Part shown: positions 1 to 9,821 of the stretch, in pieces | Layout of the letters: each line of letters begins with the position of its first letter | Numbering within the stretch: the stretch's first letter is position 1 | Source: Gemmatimonadales bacterium | GTDB taxonomy: Bacteria; Gemmatimonadota; Gemmatimonadetes; Gemmatimonadales; GWC2-71-9 | Length of the DNA: 64,000 nt | Direction: 5' to 3' | Assembly (NCBI GenBank): GCA_037189525.1 | Contig: JBBCJC010000005.1 | Location: 576,001 to 640,000 of the forward strand | The notes under the pieces: generated by a model | Databases searched by the model: none | What the model saw: the letters and a program-made list of their open reading frames with translations, nothing else | Told to the model about the DNA's origin: nothing | Made by a program: the position numbers and the translations under genes

Positions 1-1
1 G

Positions 2-1321
2 TGGCTCGCGGCGCGGGAGCAGCCGCCCTCGCTCGTCTGTATGGCGCCGACCGCACCCGCCGGCCGCTATCTCGAAGAGCTGCCGTTCGTGGGCGGCGCG
101 TTCATGCACCAGTGGGCGTTAGGCTGGATCAACGGCGTGTCCGGCAAAGTGGATCAGGGGCCCAATCTGCGCGGCACCGACTGGGACAAAGTCTTCCAGC
201 ACCGACCGTTGCTGACATCGGATTCGGTGATGGGACGCCCGATGCGGCTCTATCGCGAGTTTCTCACCAATCCGCTGATGACGGACTACTGGAAACGGAT
301 CCAGTTTACGGCGGACGACTTCACGAAGATTCGCATCCCGACACTGACCGTGACCGGTTGGTTCGATGGCGATCAGCCCGGCGCCTTGTTCTACTGGCGC
401 GGGCTTGCGAACGGCGCGCCAGCAAAGGACCAGCACTACCTTGTCTCCGGCCCCTGGAATCACGTGCAGACCTTCCTGGGCGGCGCCACCAAGCAGGGCG
501 AGATGGAGCTGCCAGCCGAGTCGATCGTCGACACCAAGGCGCTGCATCTGGCCTTCTTCGACTGGTGCCTGAAGCAATCCGCTCCCCGCTTCGAGGTGCC
601 GCGCACCCGCCTCTATATCACCGGTGCCAACGAGTGGCGGACCGGTGAAGTCTACCCGCCGCGGGAGGCGACGCCCACGCCGCTCTACCTGCGGAGCGGC
701 GGCCGCGCCAACTCCCTCGCCGGCGACGGCACGCTCAGCTGGGAACGGCCCGGTGCGGAGCCACCGGATCGGTTCACCTACGATCCGAAGCGACCGACCC
801 CGGCCGACATCGGCGGGACGATGACCGCGATCGACCGGCGGCCGATCCAGCGCCGAGATGATGTGCTGGTGTATACGACCGACGAGTTGACCGAACCGGT
901 CGAGATCATCGGCAACGTCACCGTTACCCTGGAGGCGGCGAGCGACGCGCGCGACACCGATTTCACCGCCGTCCTCACCGACGTCTATCCCGATGGCCGC
1001 GCAGTGAGCCTGGGGCCTAACATCGGAATCCGGCGCGCCCGCTACCGGCACGGGATGACTCGGGAGGAGTTGCTCACTCCGGGCAAGCCGGAGACCTTCA
1101 CGATCGAGCTCTACGACATTGCCCACCGGTTCCTGCCCGGTCATCGGATTCGAGTCGAGATATCGAGCAGCGCGGCGCCGCACTACAACCCCAATCAGAA
1201 CACGGGGAACCCGGTTGCCACCGATACCGAATGGAAGGTTGCCCGGCAGACGATCTATCACGACAAGTCCCGCGCCTCGGCGATCATCCTGCCGGTCGTC
1301 GGCAAGAAGCTCACGCCCTGA
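2..1321 (+). CDS. CocE/NonD family hydrolase (PepX_C domain), 5'-truncated by the window edge
   Basis: Frame is open from base 2 (WLAAREQPPSLVCMAP). Motifs: TGWFD, SGPWNH, FTYDP..PTP, DTDFTAVLTDVYPDG, HRFLPGHRIRVEISSS...NQNTG. Confidence 0.9.
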   Translation, partial: WLAAREQPPSLVCMAPTAPAGRYLEELPFVGGAFMHQWALGWINGVSGKVDQGPNLRGTDWDKVFQHRPLLTSDSVMGRPMRLYREFLTNPLMTDYWKRIQFTADDFTKIRIPTLTVTGWFDGDQPGALFYWRGLANGAPAKDQHYLVSGPWNHVQTFLGGATKQGEMELPAESIVDTKALHLAFFDWCLKQSAPRFEVPRTRLYITGANEWRTGEVYPPREATPTPLYLRSGGRANSLAGDGTLSWERPGAEPPDRFTYDPKRPTPADIGGTMTAIDRRPIQRRDDVLVYTTDELTEPVEIIGNVTVTLEAASDARDTDFTAVLTDVYPDGRAVSLGPNIGIRRARYRHGMTREELLTPGKPETFTIELYDIAHRFLPGHRIRVEISSSAAPHYNPNQNTGNPVATDTEWKVARQTIYHDKSRASAIILPVVGKKLTP

Positions 1322-1338
1322 ACCCGGACAGCTTACCC

Positions 1339-2814
1339 ATGGGCTTCGCTCGACGCTCCCTCACCCTGCTCCTCATTGCCGGCGCTGCTTCGGCTGCGTC
1401 GGCCCAGCAGTCCCGCGTCTACGATCGGGTCATTCTGCATGGCCGGGTCATGGATCCCGCGTCCGGGTTGGACGCAGTCCGTCACCTGGGCATCAGCGAC
1501 GGCCGGGTCGGAGCGATCAGCCGCACCCCGCTCCGCGGACGCGATACCGTCGATGCCCGCGGCCTCGTCGTCGCGCCGGGATTCATCGACCTCCACGCGC
1601 ACGGCCAGAACGACGAGAGCTACGGCTACTACGCCATGAACGGCGTGACCACGGCCCTGGAACTGGAGACGGGCATCGGCCCCGTTGCCCGGTTCTACGC
1701 CGAGCGGGCGGGAAAGGCTCGCGTCAACTACGGAGGGGCCGCTTCGCACTTTCACGCCCGCCGGATAGCATATGGCGATACGCTGATCCCGTACGAGCAG
1801 CGCGCCAGTGATACCTCGACGACCTGGTCACACACGCCAAGCAATCCGTCCGCCATTGCCACTGTCCGTGCCGAGCTTGGCAAAGCACTCGATGAAGGCG
1901 CACTCGGCATCGGGATGGGCATCGCCTACACTCCCGGCGCGTCGCACTTCGAAATTCTCCGCAACTTCGAGCTCTGCGCCGAGCGACGAGTCATCTGCTT
2001 TACTCACATCCGCGGGGCGGGTGGCGGCGTCGGCGGCTATCCCGGCCTTCAGGAGGTGCTGACCGATGCGATGACGACCGGCGCCGCGCTCCACGTGGTC
2101 CACATCAACAGCAGCAGCGGCGCCAATGCCGGGTCGCCCAACGTCCCGGACTTCCTCAGGGTCATTCACCAGGCGCGAGCTCACGGCGTGAACGTGACGA
2201 CCGAGGCCTATCCCTACACCGCAAGTTCGACTCTGCTCCAATCGTCGCTCTATGACCGCGCGCTCGACACGCCGGGCTACGACTTCAATCGCATCGTTTG
2301 GGCAGCCACCGGCGAACGTCTGACCCGCGAGTCGTTCATCAAGTACCGGCAACAGGGCGGCATCATCGTGCAAGTGGGCGGCCCCGACTCCCTGCTCTAT
2401 CCGATCTTCCGTGATTCGATCGTGATGGTAGCGAGCGATGCGGTGCCCTACGTCCAGCATCGCGGCAATCCGCGGCTCGCCGGCACCTTTGCTCGCGTGC
2501 TTGGCCGCTACGTGCGGGACGCGAAACTCTTTTCGCTGATGGAGGGGCTCCGGCGGATGACGATCATGCCGGCCAAGCGGCTCGAACCGTCCGTGCCACA
2601 GATGGCGCGCAAAGGGCGCATCGCCGTGGGCGCCGATGCCGACCTCACCATTTTCGACCCGGCCACCGTCATCGACCAGGCCACGGTCGAAGAACCGGCA
2701 CAATACTCCGCCGGGATCCTCCACGTCCTGGTCGGCGGCACTCCCGTCGTCAGAGACGCCAGGTTGGTGGAGGGTGTCTTTCCCGGCCAGCCGGTGCGAC
2801 GGCACGTCCGGTGA
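1339..2814 (+). CDS. Secreted amidohydrolase, D-aminoacylase-like
   Basis: Signal peptide ending ASA-Q; VVAPGFIDLHAH metal-binding motif; TTEAYPYTA; VASD; GRIAVGADADLTIFDP. Start placed at ATG 1339, after the upstream stop. Confidence 0.85.
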   Translation: MGFARRSLTLLLIAGAASAASAQQSRVYDRVILHGRVMDPASGLDAVRHLGISDGRVGAISRTPLRGRDTVDARGLVVAPGFIDLHAHGQNDESYGYYAMNGVTTALELETGIGPVARFYAERAGKARVNYGGAASHFHARRIAYGDTLIPYEQRASDTSTTWSHTPSNPSAIATVRAELGKALDEGALGIGMGIAYTPGASHFEILRNFELCAERRVICFTHIRGAGGGVGGYPGLQEVLTDAMTTGAALHVVHINSSSGANAGSPNVPDFLRVIHQARAHGVNVTTEAYPYTASSTLLQSSLYDRALDTPGYDFNRIVWAATGERLTRESFIKYRQQGGIIVQVGGPDSLLYPIFRDSIVMVASDAVPYVQHRGNPRLAGTFARVLGRYVRDAKLFSLMEGLRRMTIMPAKRLEPSVPQMARKGRIAVGADADLTIFDPATVIDQATVEEPAQYSAGILHVLVGGTPVVRDARLVEGVFPGQPVRRHVR

Positions 2815-2862
2815 GCGGACGAGTCCACCGGCTCGCGCCGACCGGCCTCTATCGCTGACGTT

Positions 2863-3429
2863 TCAGCGCTCTGCCGTGCGTTCCAAAAGCTGCACGATCT
2901 CCTCCAGCGTCGTGCGGCCGCGGTCACGGGCATACCAGCGGCGCGTCTCCTTGTATCGGTCTTCTTTGCTCAGCTGCCGAGCCTCATCCGACATCACCCA
3001 GCGCTGAAGAGGCTCGGGCCGGGAACCCCACCATCCGAGTTCCCGGTACCCCTCGTCCAAAACTATGACCACCGGGATGGCGCGCGACGTTCCCGTGAGA
3101 TGGGCGTCCATCAGGTCCAGGTTCTGATCGCGCTCGAGCACACGCAGATCGAACCCCGGCACCGACTCGACCAGGCGCGCCACGAACGGCAGAGAGTTCA
3201 CGGCATCACCACACCAGTCCTCCGTCAGCACCAACAGATGCCGTCGCACGGAAAGAGCGCGGGTCCGTTCCACCAGATCGGCGGGCGCCTGAGCCATTCT
3301 CCGCAAAGCAAGCCAGAGTTCCTGGTTGTCTTTCGCACCCTCGATGAACTCGTCCAGCGTCGGCGCCGAGGCATATCGGTCCGCGAGGGGGTCCAGGTCG
3401 AGCCCGTTCAGGGATTCTTTCGTCGTCAT
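2863..3429 (-). CDS. Thioredoxin family protein (Thioredoxin_9-like, single Cys WCGDA)
   Basis: LVLTEDWCGDA, RDQNLDLMD, SRAIPVVI, WGSRP motifs. Confidence 0.85.
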   Translation of the reverse strand: MTTKESLNGLDLDPLADRYASAPTLDEFIEGAKDNQELWLALRRMAQAPADLVERTRALSVRRHLLVLTEDWCGDAVNSLPFVARLVESVPGFDLRVLERDQNLDLMDAHLTGTSRAIPVVIVLDEGYRELGWWGSRPEPLQRWVMSDEARQLSKEDRYKETRRWYARDRGRTTLEEIVQLLERTAER

Positions 3430-3521
3430 GTTCTGCCTGCCTGTTTCATGTTTTGGGCCCCGGCCTTCTCACAATTTGGTGAGGGACTCCGGCAGCCAAC
3501 AACTGGTACAACACTTCGTGC

Positions 3522-4112
3522 TCAGAACGACCAGTGGAACCCGACGTCGAGCCCGACGTAGCGCAGCTTGGCCGGCGTGGTAATCGAGCCGATCACGAGA
3601 TCGCGTGCAAGCGCGCGATAGCTCACCAGCGGCACGATCCGCCAACGGGTACCCAGCGGGAGCGACACCCCGGCCCCTGCCTCCCATCCGAGCCCGTGTC
3701 CCGAATCGGTAACGAGATCGCCGTTGGTATTCTTTACCTCGATGTGCGTGATCGTCGCCCCGCCACGCAAGACGAGCGCCGGCGACCCCGCGCCCGCCAT
3801 TGGATGTTCGAATCGAAGACCCAGCACATAGCCGGTTTCCTCCACGTCGACACCGATCCCCGCAAACGACGCGCGGTCCACATCGGTGCCAAAGTGACGC
3901 CATCCCCAGCCGGCGTAGGCGGACAGATGTTCCAGGAAGCGGTAGCCCACCGTCGCCTCGAATCCGGCGCCGGTCCCAAGCTGCGCATTGCCGAGATCCT
4001 GCGTCGGGAGTGAGATACCACCTCGGAAGGCCACATCCCCGCGCCGCTGGGCCGCCGCCGAGCCCGGCAATATCACGATCAAAGCAGTCAGTATTGTCAA
4101 CCAGGTACGCAT
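3522..4112 (-). CDS. Small outer-membrane beta-barrel protein
   Basis: Signal peptide (SAAA-Q), alternating amphipathic strands, C-terminal GLDVGFHWSF beta-signal, GGAG RBS. Confidence 0.8.
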   Translation of the reverse strand: MRTWLTILTALIVILPGSAAAQRRGDVAFRGGISLPTQDLGNAQLGTGAGFEATVGYRFLEHLSAYAGWGWRHFGTDVDRASFAGIGVDVEETGYVLGLRFEHPMAGAGSPALVLRGGATITHIEVKNTNGDLVTDSGHGLGWEAGAGVSLPLGTRWRIVPLVSYRALARDLVIGSITTPAKLRYVGLDVGFHWSF

Positions 4113-4127
4113 GATGATCTCCTTGCG

Positions 4128-4730
4128 TCAACGAACAGTGAACGCGATCCCAGCGTGATAGGTGGAGGCGATCACGTCGTCGATCGGTGTACCCGGAAGG
4201 GCAATGTCGCCGATCGCGGCGAGCCGCGCCCCCAAGTCGAGTGTGATCGCGAAATAGCGAAAGACGGGCAGATCGAGCCCCATTCCGAAGGCCAGCCCCG
4301 ACCCGGTGCGTCTCGTCATCACCGGCGGCACGTCCGGCGGCGTCACGGTAAAGGTCCCGCGAGCAAGTCCAAGCCCGCCGGTCAGAAAGAATCCGCTGCC
4401 GCTCGGAAACCAGAGCACCGAACCCATGATCGATGCATTGCGCGCCTCCATGGGGTCGGCCGTTTCGGCCGGCTCGTCCGGAAACCGATCGTCGAACCCG
4501 AAGAGTTCGGCGCCGACCAGGACCCGCTGCGAAAGATTCGTCCCGATCCGAATCCAGCCGGTCCGGCCATACACGACCGACACATCCGTGCATGCGGAGC
4601 AGCCGACCCGCGCAACCCCGGTGCCCAGCCCCGTCTCCACCCAGAGCCCGCGCCGCCCCGATTCCTGCGCGCGGCACACGACGGGTATCACCACCAGCGC
4701 GGCGACAGCAAGCAGCAGCCTGGACCTCAC
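4128..4730 (-). CDS. Small outer-membrane beta-barrel protein with a CxxC loop
   Basis: GTG start overlaps the upstream TGA (GTGA at 4727-4730, minus strand); signal peptide; amphipathic strands ending YHAGIAFTVR; GCSAC motif. Confidence 0.7.
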   Translation of the reverse strand: MRSRLLLAVAALVVIPVVCRAQESGRRGLWVETGLGTGVARVGCSACTDVSVVYGRTGWIRIGTNLSQRVLVGAELFGFDDRFPDEPAETADPMEARNASIMGSVLWFPSGSGFFLTGGLGLARGTFTVTPPDVPPVMTRRTGSGLAFGMGLDLPVFRYFAITLDLGARLAAIGDIALPGTPIDDVIASTYHAGIAFTVR

Positions 4731-6097
4731 GGCAGGCCTCCGTGTCGCGCGGCATCGGTCCAGGTGAGGAAGAGCCGGCCTTCCAGATAGGAGCGCCGGT
4801 CCCGCGGGGCATCCGGATACCGGCTGGTCCGGCGGTCGTCGCTCAGGTAGAGGCCGAGCCCGATTCCCCTGGTGAGCGGGACCATTGCCGTCGTGCCCGT
4901 GAACAACAGGTGATGATCGGCCTCGGCGCCGCTCACCGTGCGGAGCGAACGCCACCGGTTGTAGAGCGCGAGATATCTCCTGCCCCGATGCTCCAGCGCC
5001 ACTTCGGCGTTGACGCCGACCCCGGGGCCGAAATCGTAGGCACGCTCGCCGATGCCCGCGTGAGGGCCGTCGATGGCGCCGAGCAGCGTGGCCCCGACGG
5101 TCACCTCGGTGCGCAGCGACAGATCGCCGTCTCCAAGCCGCCAGCGCGAGAGGACTCCAGCCTCGAGCCCTTGCTCACCGTAGCGGTAGGCGAGGTTGTC
5201 GACATAATCGAATCGCTGATTGACGGTCCAGAGATGGCGATGGCGCGCGTCCTGCGCCGAGAACTCGCCGCCGTAGAGACGGCCCAGGCTGCGCAGGAGA
5301 TTGAGTCCGCCGCCGCCCGGGCTCACCTGGAGGCGCAGGGTGAAGACGTCGTACGGCGCCCGATAGGCTCGCTCGAAGGGATCGCGATAATTCAGATCGA
5401 TCAGGAAGGTGCTGGAGTACCGGTTCGACGCTCCGGCCTCACGCACGCGCCGGGCGCCTGCCGCGAACCGGACCATATAATCGGCCGCCTCATAGCCGGC
5501 CGGATTGGGTCGCCGTCGGGTCCATTCACCGCGCGCCAGCCGGTTGAGACCACCGATCGGATCGAAAACGGCGGCGGCGAGTTCGCGGGAGACCCGCGCT
5601 CCCCCGGTGAGTTCGGTATCCCGGACACTGCTGCTCACCTGGTGCAGCATCTCGCCGAGCGCAATACCACCGAAGCTCGTCATGAAGAAATCGTTGAGCG
5701 ACGGCCGGTGCATCTCGCCGAAATATTCCCAGGTCCACGAACCGAGAAAGGCGAACGGAACCGCCTCCCAGAAGTTCAGGCAGTTGGCGCGGGCGGCATT
5801 GAAGTAGAGGTTCCCATGGATCGGATGGGCGAACATGTTGGTTCCGAACGCGTTCTCGTCCCACTCCCACCCGAGCCGCAGGTTGCGAGACCAGCTTTCG
5901 AAATCGACCCCGGCCCATTCAGCCTGAAGGACGAATGCGTCGAAACGGTTGACGACATAGTTGACGGCGAGGGTCTGCGCAGCCGCAAGCAGGGGACGGC
6001 CCCGATCGCAACCGTCGCGACTAACCTGCGCCGTTGCCGGAGACGGAACGGCCATGGCCAGAGCGGCCATCATGAGCACTCCAGGCCGAATCCCCAT
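4727..6097 (-). CDS. DUF3943 domain outer-membrane protein
   Basis: Signal peptide; WEWDENAFGTNMFAHPIHGNLYFNAAR, GSWTWEYFGE..RPSLNDF..T..GG..LGE, DPIGGLNRL motifs; beta-strand-rich C-terminal half. Confidence 0.8.
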   Translation of the reverse strand: MGIRPGVLMMAALAMAVPSPATAQVSRDGCDRGRPLLAAAQTLAVNYVVNRFDAFVLQAEWAGVDFESWSRNLRLGWEWDENAFGTNMFAHPIHGNLYFNAARANCLNFWEAVPFAFLGSWTWEYFGEMHRPSLNDFFMTSFGGIALGEMLHQVSSSVRDTELTGGARVSRELAAAVFDPIGGLNRLARGEWTRRRPNPAGYEAADYMVRFAAGARRVREAGASNRYSSTFLIDLNYRDPFERAYRAPYDVFTLRLQVSPGGGGLNLLRSLGRLYGGEFSAQDARHRHLWTVNQRFDYVDNLAYRYGEQGLEAGVLSRWRLGDGDLSLRTEVTVGATLLGAIDGPHAGIGERAYDFGPGVGVNAEVALEHRGRRYLALYNRWRSLRTVSGAEADHHLLFTGTTAMVPLTRGIGLGLYLSDDRRTSRYPDAPRDRRSYLEGRLFLTWTDAARHGGLP

Positions 6098-6229
6098 GGC
6101 TGTAACCTGCCATGCCCAGCCTGAAGTTAGCGTGAAGGCACCCGGAACCGTGGCTCAGCAACGACCGTCGACGTCTTTCCTGTGGGCTGCGTCACAGCGG
6201 TGCGTGCGGAGGATGAGTAAGTTCTCTCC

Positions 6230-8347
6230 ATGCGCCTCGTGCGTACCTCTCCCCGACCGTTCTACCGCTCGATCGGCGCCGCCGCCTGCCTTCTCGGAAC
6301 GGCATGCGGAGCCACAGACACTCCGCCCCCGCCGCCGCCTCCGATGCCGCCCTCGATTGCCCTGGTATCCGGTGACGGTCAGGAGACCCTCGTCGGCGAT
6401 CCGCTGCTCCCCTTCGTGGTCCGGGTTTTCGATGCCAACGGCCCACGCCCCGGCCGAGCGGTCACATTCGCGGCAGCGATCGAAGGCGGAAACTGGGGTA
6501 CGCTGGCCCTCGTCAACACCGGCCCCGACGGTGTCGCATCGTTGCGGTGGCAACCGGACCCGAGACCGCAAACCTGGTTCGTGCGCGCCTCGGTCTCGGA
6601 GCGTGACACGGTCAGGTTTTCGGTCCGGATATCCCAGGGACCGCCCCACCACATCGAGGGCTGCTGCCATTTCGAGTTTGCCCCCCTGAGCAGCACGGTG
6701 CCGTATCCTCTCCCCGTCACCGTCCGCGACAAGGGGTACAACCCCATCGCCGGCCTGACCGTGACTTTCCGCGTTGCATCGGGCGGCGGCACCATCGCCG
6801 ACAGTGTTCAGGTGACCAACGGGGAGGGCGTCGCCCGCCTCAGCCATTGGACCCTCGGCCCCGCCGACCCGATCCAGACCGTTTCGGCAACCGTCGAAGG
6901 CGGGCTCTCGACGACGATCACCATGCTGGGCGCCCCCCATGGGATCGAGATCGTCTCGGGTGACCACCAGCGCGGCAATGTCGCCACGTACCTGAAGGAA
7001 CCGCTGGTCGTCCGCGTCCTCGGCCCCACCGGCGCACCACTCGGCGCAGGCTTCCCGGTCAGCTTCGAGAGCCCAGGCCCGAATGTCCTGTCCAGCGCCC
7101 TGACCGATTCGACCGGTACCGCCAAGTCCGGCCAGATCCACTTGAGTTGGGAGCCCGGTACCACCACCGTGACGGCGCGTTCCTTCGACCAACGTGTCGG
7201 GTTTACCGTGTCGCACAGCGTGCCGACTCCGGCGCGGATCATTCCCCTGACCGGAAGCGGCCTCACCACCTTTCCCGGCAACCTGTTCGCGACCCAGCCC
7301 AGCTTCCGCCTGGTCGACTCGGTCGGCGATCCGATCAGCGGCCATCACCCGCTCACGTTCACGGCATCCGACGGCGGAACCGTGCAGGCGTTCGGCTACG
7401 AAAACCCGCCGAGGGTGACGTACACCAGCCCCGACGGGGTCGGCACCATCCTCGCCTGGCGGCTCGGCACGACGCTCGGTGAGCAATCGTTGCGCGCGGC
7501 CTACGACGGCGCCGAACTGCTCGGTCGGGTGACGACCACCGTCGTCTCCGCCCCCGTCACATCCCAGTTCGGCATCGAGGTCCGCTTTTCCGATACGCTG
7601 CTCGCCGATTCCGTTCGCCAGGCCATCCGCGACGCCGCACAGGAATGGACCAAGGGCATCGTGGGCGACCTGCCCGATGTGCCGCTCGACCTCCCGGCCG
7701 ACGAGGACGGGTGCTACCCTGCGCTGCGCGAAACGGTCGACGACCTGCTGATCTTCGTGAGCGTCGTCAGAGGAGACGGCCCGGGCGGCGCGCTGGCCGG
7801 CGCCACGCCCTGCCTGGTGCGCGAAGGCAGCTTACTCCCGCTGGTCAGCCTGATTCTGATCGACGAGGCCGACCTCGAGTTCCTGGGCAAGTTTCGCATG
7901 GGGCGGGTCGCCCTTCATGAAATTGGCCATACCCTGGGCTTCGGCACACTGTGGCAAGCCTTGGACTTGTTCCGTCCGCCACCGAGCGAGGACGGCTATG
8001 TGGGTCGCGCAGCCGCGGCAGCGTTTTCAGAGGCCGTCTCTCCCAGCCAGTCGGTTCCGGTCCAGTACAGCGGCGGCCCCGGCACGAGATACTCGCACTG
8101 GGCCAATGTGTTCCCCGATGTGATGGTGGGATACCTGATGACGGGCCACGTCCTGAGTTCGATCACGCTCGGCGCCATGCGCGACTTGGGCTATGTGGTC
8201 GATGACCGCGCCGCGGAGCCGTTCCCGCCTGTGGCGCTGCGGACCGGACCGGTCCGGAATGAGGGCTTCCGCGAATGGGTGCCGCAGGTCAGGCTGCGCA
8301 CGGTCGGCCCTCGCGGCGCCGTTTCGGCACCGCACAATCTCCGTTAG
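6230..8347 (+). CDS. Lipoprotein with tandem Big-1-like Ig domains and a C-terminal leishmanolysin-like (M8) zinc metallopeptidase
   Basis: Lipobox LGTAC; poly-Pro linker; repeated SGD.Q...P.VVRV.....P...V.F units; HEIGHTLGFG, GGPGT.YSHW and DVM Met-turn. Confidence 0.75.
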   Translation: MRLVRTSPRPFYRSIGAAACLLGTACGATDTPPPPPPPMPPSIALVSGDGQETLVGDPLLPFVVRVFDANGPRPGRAVTFAAAIEGGNWGTLALVNTGPDGVASLRWQPDPRPQTWFVRASVSERDTVRFSVRISQGPPHHIEGCCHFEFAPLSSTVPYPLPVTVRDKGYNPIAGLTVTFRVASGGGTIADSVQVTNGEGVARLSHWTLGPADPIQTVSATVEGGLSTTITMLGAPHGIEIVSGDHQRGNVATYLKEPLVVRVLGPTGAPLGAGFPVSFESPGPNVLSSALTDSTGTAKSGQIHLSWEPGTTTVTARSFDQRVGFTVSHSVPTPARIIPLTGSGLTTFPGNLFATQPSFRLVDSVGDPISGHHPLTFTASDGGTVQAFGYENPPRVTYTSPDGVGTILAWRLGTTLGEQSLRAAYDGAELLGRVTTTVVSAPVTSQFGIEVRFSDTLLADSVRQAIRDAAQEWTKGIVGDLPDVPLDLPADEDGCYPALRETVDDLLIFVSVVRGDGPGGALAGATPCLVREGSLLPLVSLILIDEADLEFLGKFRMGRVALHEIGHTLGFGTLWQALDLFRPPPSEDGYVGRAAAAAFSEAVSPSQSVPVQYSGGPGTRYSHWANVFPDVMVGYLMTGHVLSSITLGAMRDLGYVVDDRAAEPFPPVALRTGPVRNEGFREWVPQVRLRTVGPRGAVSAPHNLR

Positions 8348-8388
8348 GGATAATCCGAACGTCCGGGCGGGACCGCTCGGCCCCGTCC

Positions 8389-9282
8389 CTACCTCCGCAC
8401 GTGCCGGTTGAAGAACGCCACCGTCCGATCCCATGCCAGCTTCGCAGCAGCGGCGTCATAGCGTGGCGTGGTATCGTTGTTGAAACCGTGCTGCGTTCCC
8501 GGATACAGGTACCGCTCGTAGTCGACCTTGGCCGCCTCGAGGGCCGCTTCGAAGGCCGGCCAGCTGGCATTGATCCGCGGGTCCTGCTCCGCCGACTGGA
8601 TCAGCAGCGGGCATCGGATCTTCGGCACATCCTCGACGTTGGGTGACGAGCCGTAGAACGCCACCCCTGCCGCCAGCTCCGCACCGAGCCGCGTAGCGAG
8701 GTAGTTCACCATCCCACCGCCGTAACAGAACCCCACCGCCCCGACCCGTCCGATCGACTCCGGCCGGCGCGCCAGGAGGCCCACCGCTGCCACGAAATCC
8801 TCCCGCGTCTTGGCCTGATCGAGCTGTGGAAACAATTCTCGGGCCTTGTCCTCGTTGCCCGGATAGCCGCCGAGCGGAAAGAGCGCGTCCGGAGCAAACG
8901 CAACGAAGTTGTCGACCGCGAGCCGCCGCGTGATATCCTCGATGTGCGGGTTGAGACCGCGATTCTCATGGATGACCAGAATGGCGGGCAATTTGGCCGT
9001 CGCCCCCGCCGGCGCCGCGAGATAGCCCCGCGCCCGTCCGTAGCCGTTGGGCGAGTCGTACTCGAGATACTCGGCGCTGATCCGCGCATCGGCCGGGGCG
9101 ACGACCTGCGCCTCGAGGAACTTGGGGCTCAGCTGCTCCAGCAACATCGCGGCGGTGACCCCACCCACCGCGAACTTGGCCGCCCGGTCGAGAAAGGTCC
9201 GGCGGTCGATGGTGCCGTGGACATACGCATCGAACAGAATCAGCAATTCCTGATCGAAGTCGTGGGCGGTCTTCCGGGTCAT
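8389..9282 (-). CDS. Dienelactone hydrolase family protein (YghX-like)
   Basis: FDAYVHG.IDRRTFL, VIHENRGLNPHIED, GFCYGG nucleophile, HGFNNDTTPRYD. Confidence 0.9.
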   Translation of the reverse strand: MTRKTAHDFDQELLILFDAYVHGTIDRRTFLDRAAKFAVGGVTAAMLLEQLSPKFLEAQVVAPADARISAEYLEYDSPNGYGRARGYLAAPAGATAKLPAILVIHENRGLNPHIEDITRRLAVDNFVAFAPDALFPLGGYPGNEDKARELFPQLDQAKTREDFVAAVGLLARRPESIGRVGAVGFCYGGGMVNYLATRLGAELAAGVAFYGSSPNVEDVPKIRCPLLIQSAEQDPRINASWPAFEAALEAAKVDYERYLYPGTQHGFNNDTTPRYDAAAAKLAWDRTVAFFNRHVRR

Positions 9283-9496
9283 GCGTCGCTCCGGGGTGGG
9301 CGGTCTCCCCCAATCTAGCACACAATCCTGAACTCACCCGTTGGAAGATGATGCCGGAGAGGAGGCCCCAAAGCCCCCGAGTCACCCGGAGCCGCTCGGC
9401 GTCGTTGTGGAATAACGGCATGAAGTGTGTTTCTGGTACACTCCGCCGTGTCCTGCTCACTACCTTGGATCAGGGGTTCGATTGCTCGCAACCAAA

Positions 9497-9525
9497 TTGA
9501 CAACCGTCACGTTACACGTTACGAT
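9497..9525 (+). promoter_or_regulatory. Sigma70-type promoter of higBA with an overlapping imperfect inverted repeat (probable HigA operator)
   Basis: TTGACA (9497-9502), 17-bp spacer, TACGAT (9520-9525); CGTCACG-ttaca-CGTTACG inverted repeat at 9505-9523. Confidence 0.7.
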
Positions 9526-9528
9526 ATT

Positions 9529-9810
9529 ATAATCCGATCTTTTGCGGATAAACGTACAGCCAAGTTGTTCGTACGAGGGTGGGCGGCCGGATTGCCCCCC
9601 GACATCACACGGCGTGCCGTACGTAAACTCGAGTACGTTCACCTCGCGACCCGGCTCGACGACCTGCGGGTGCCAGCGGGTAATCGCTTTCATGCACTCC
9701 GTGGCGACCGGCAAGGGCAATACGCGATTGCCGTCAACGACCAGTGGCGCATCTGTTTCCGTTTCGTTGACGACGATGCGTACGACGTTGAGATCTGCGA
9801 CTATCACTGA
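9529..9810 (+). CDS. higB: Type II toxin HigB (RelE/ParE superfamily); start codon uncertain
   Basis: IRSFADKRT..LF, RKL, DLRVPAGNRFHALRGDRQGQYAIAVNDQWRICFRF...AYDVEICDYH. ATA occupies the expected Met position. Confidence 0.85.
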   Translation: MIRSFADKRTAKLFVRGWAAGLPPDITRRAVRKLEYVHLATRLDDLRVPAGNRFHALRGDRQGQYAIAVNDQWRICFRFVDDDAYDVEICDYH

Positions 9811-9821
9811 GGCAAGATGTC

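Noticed and set aside
9465..9495. GGGGTTCGATT resembling a tRNA T-loop or att site before higBA
   Set aside because: The flanks do not form a T-stem or cloverleaf, and no second copy or integrase was seen.
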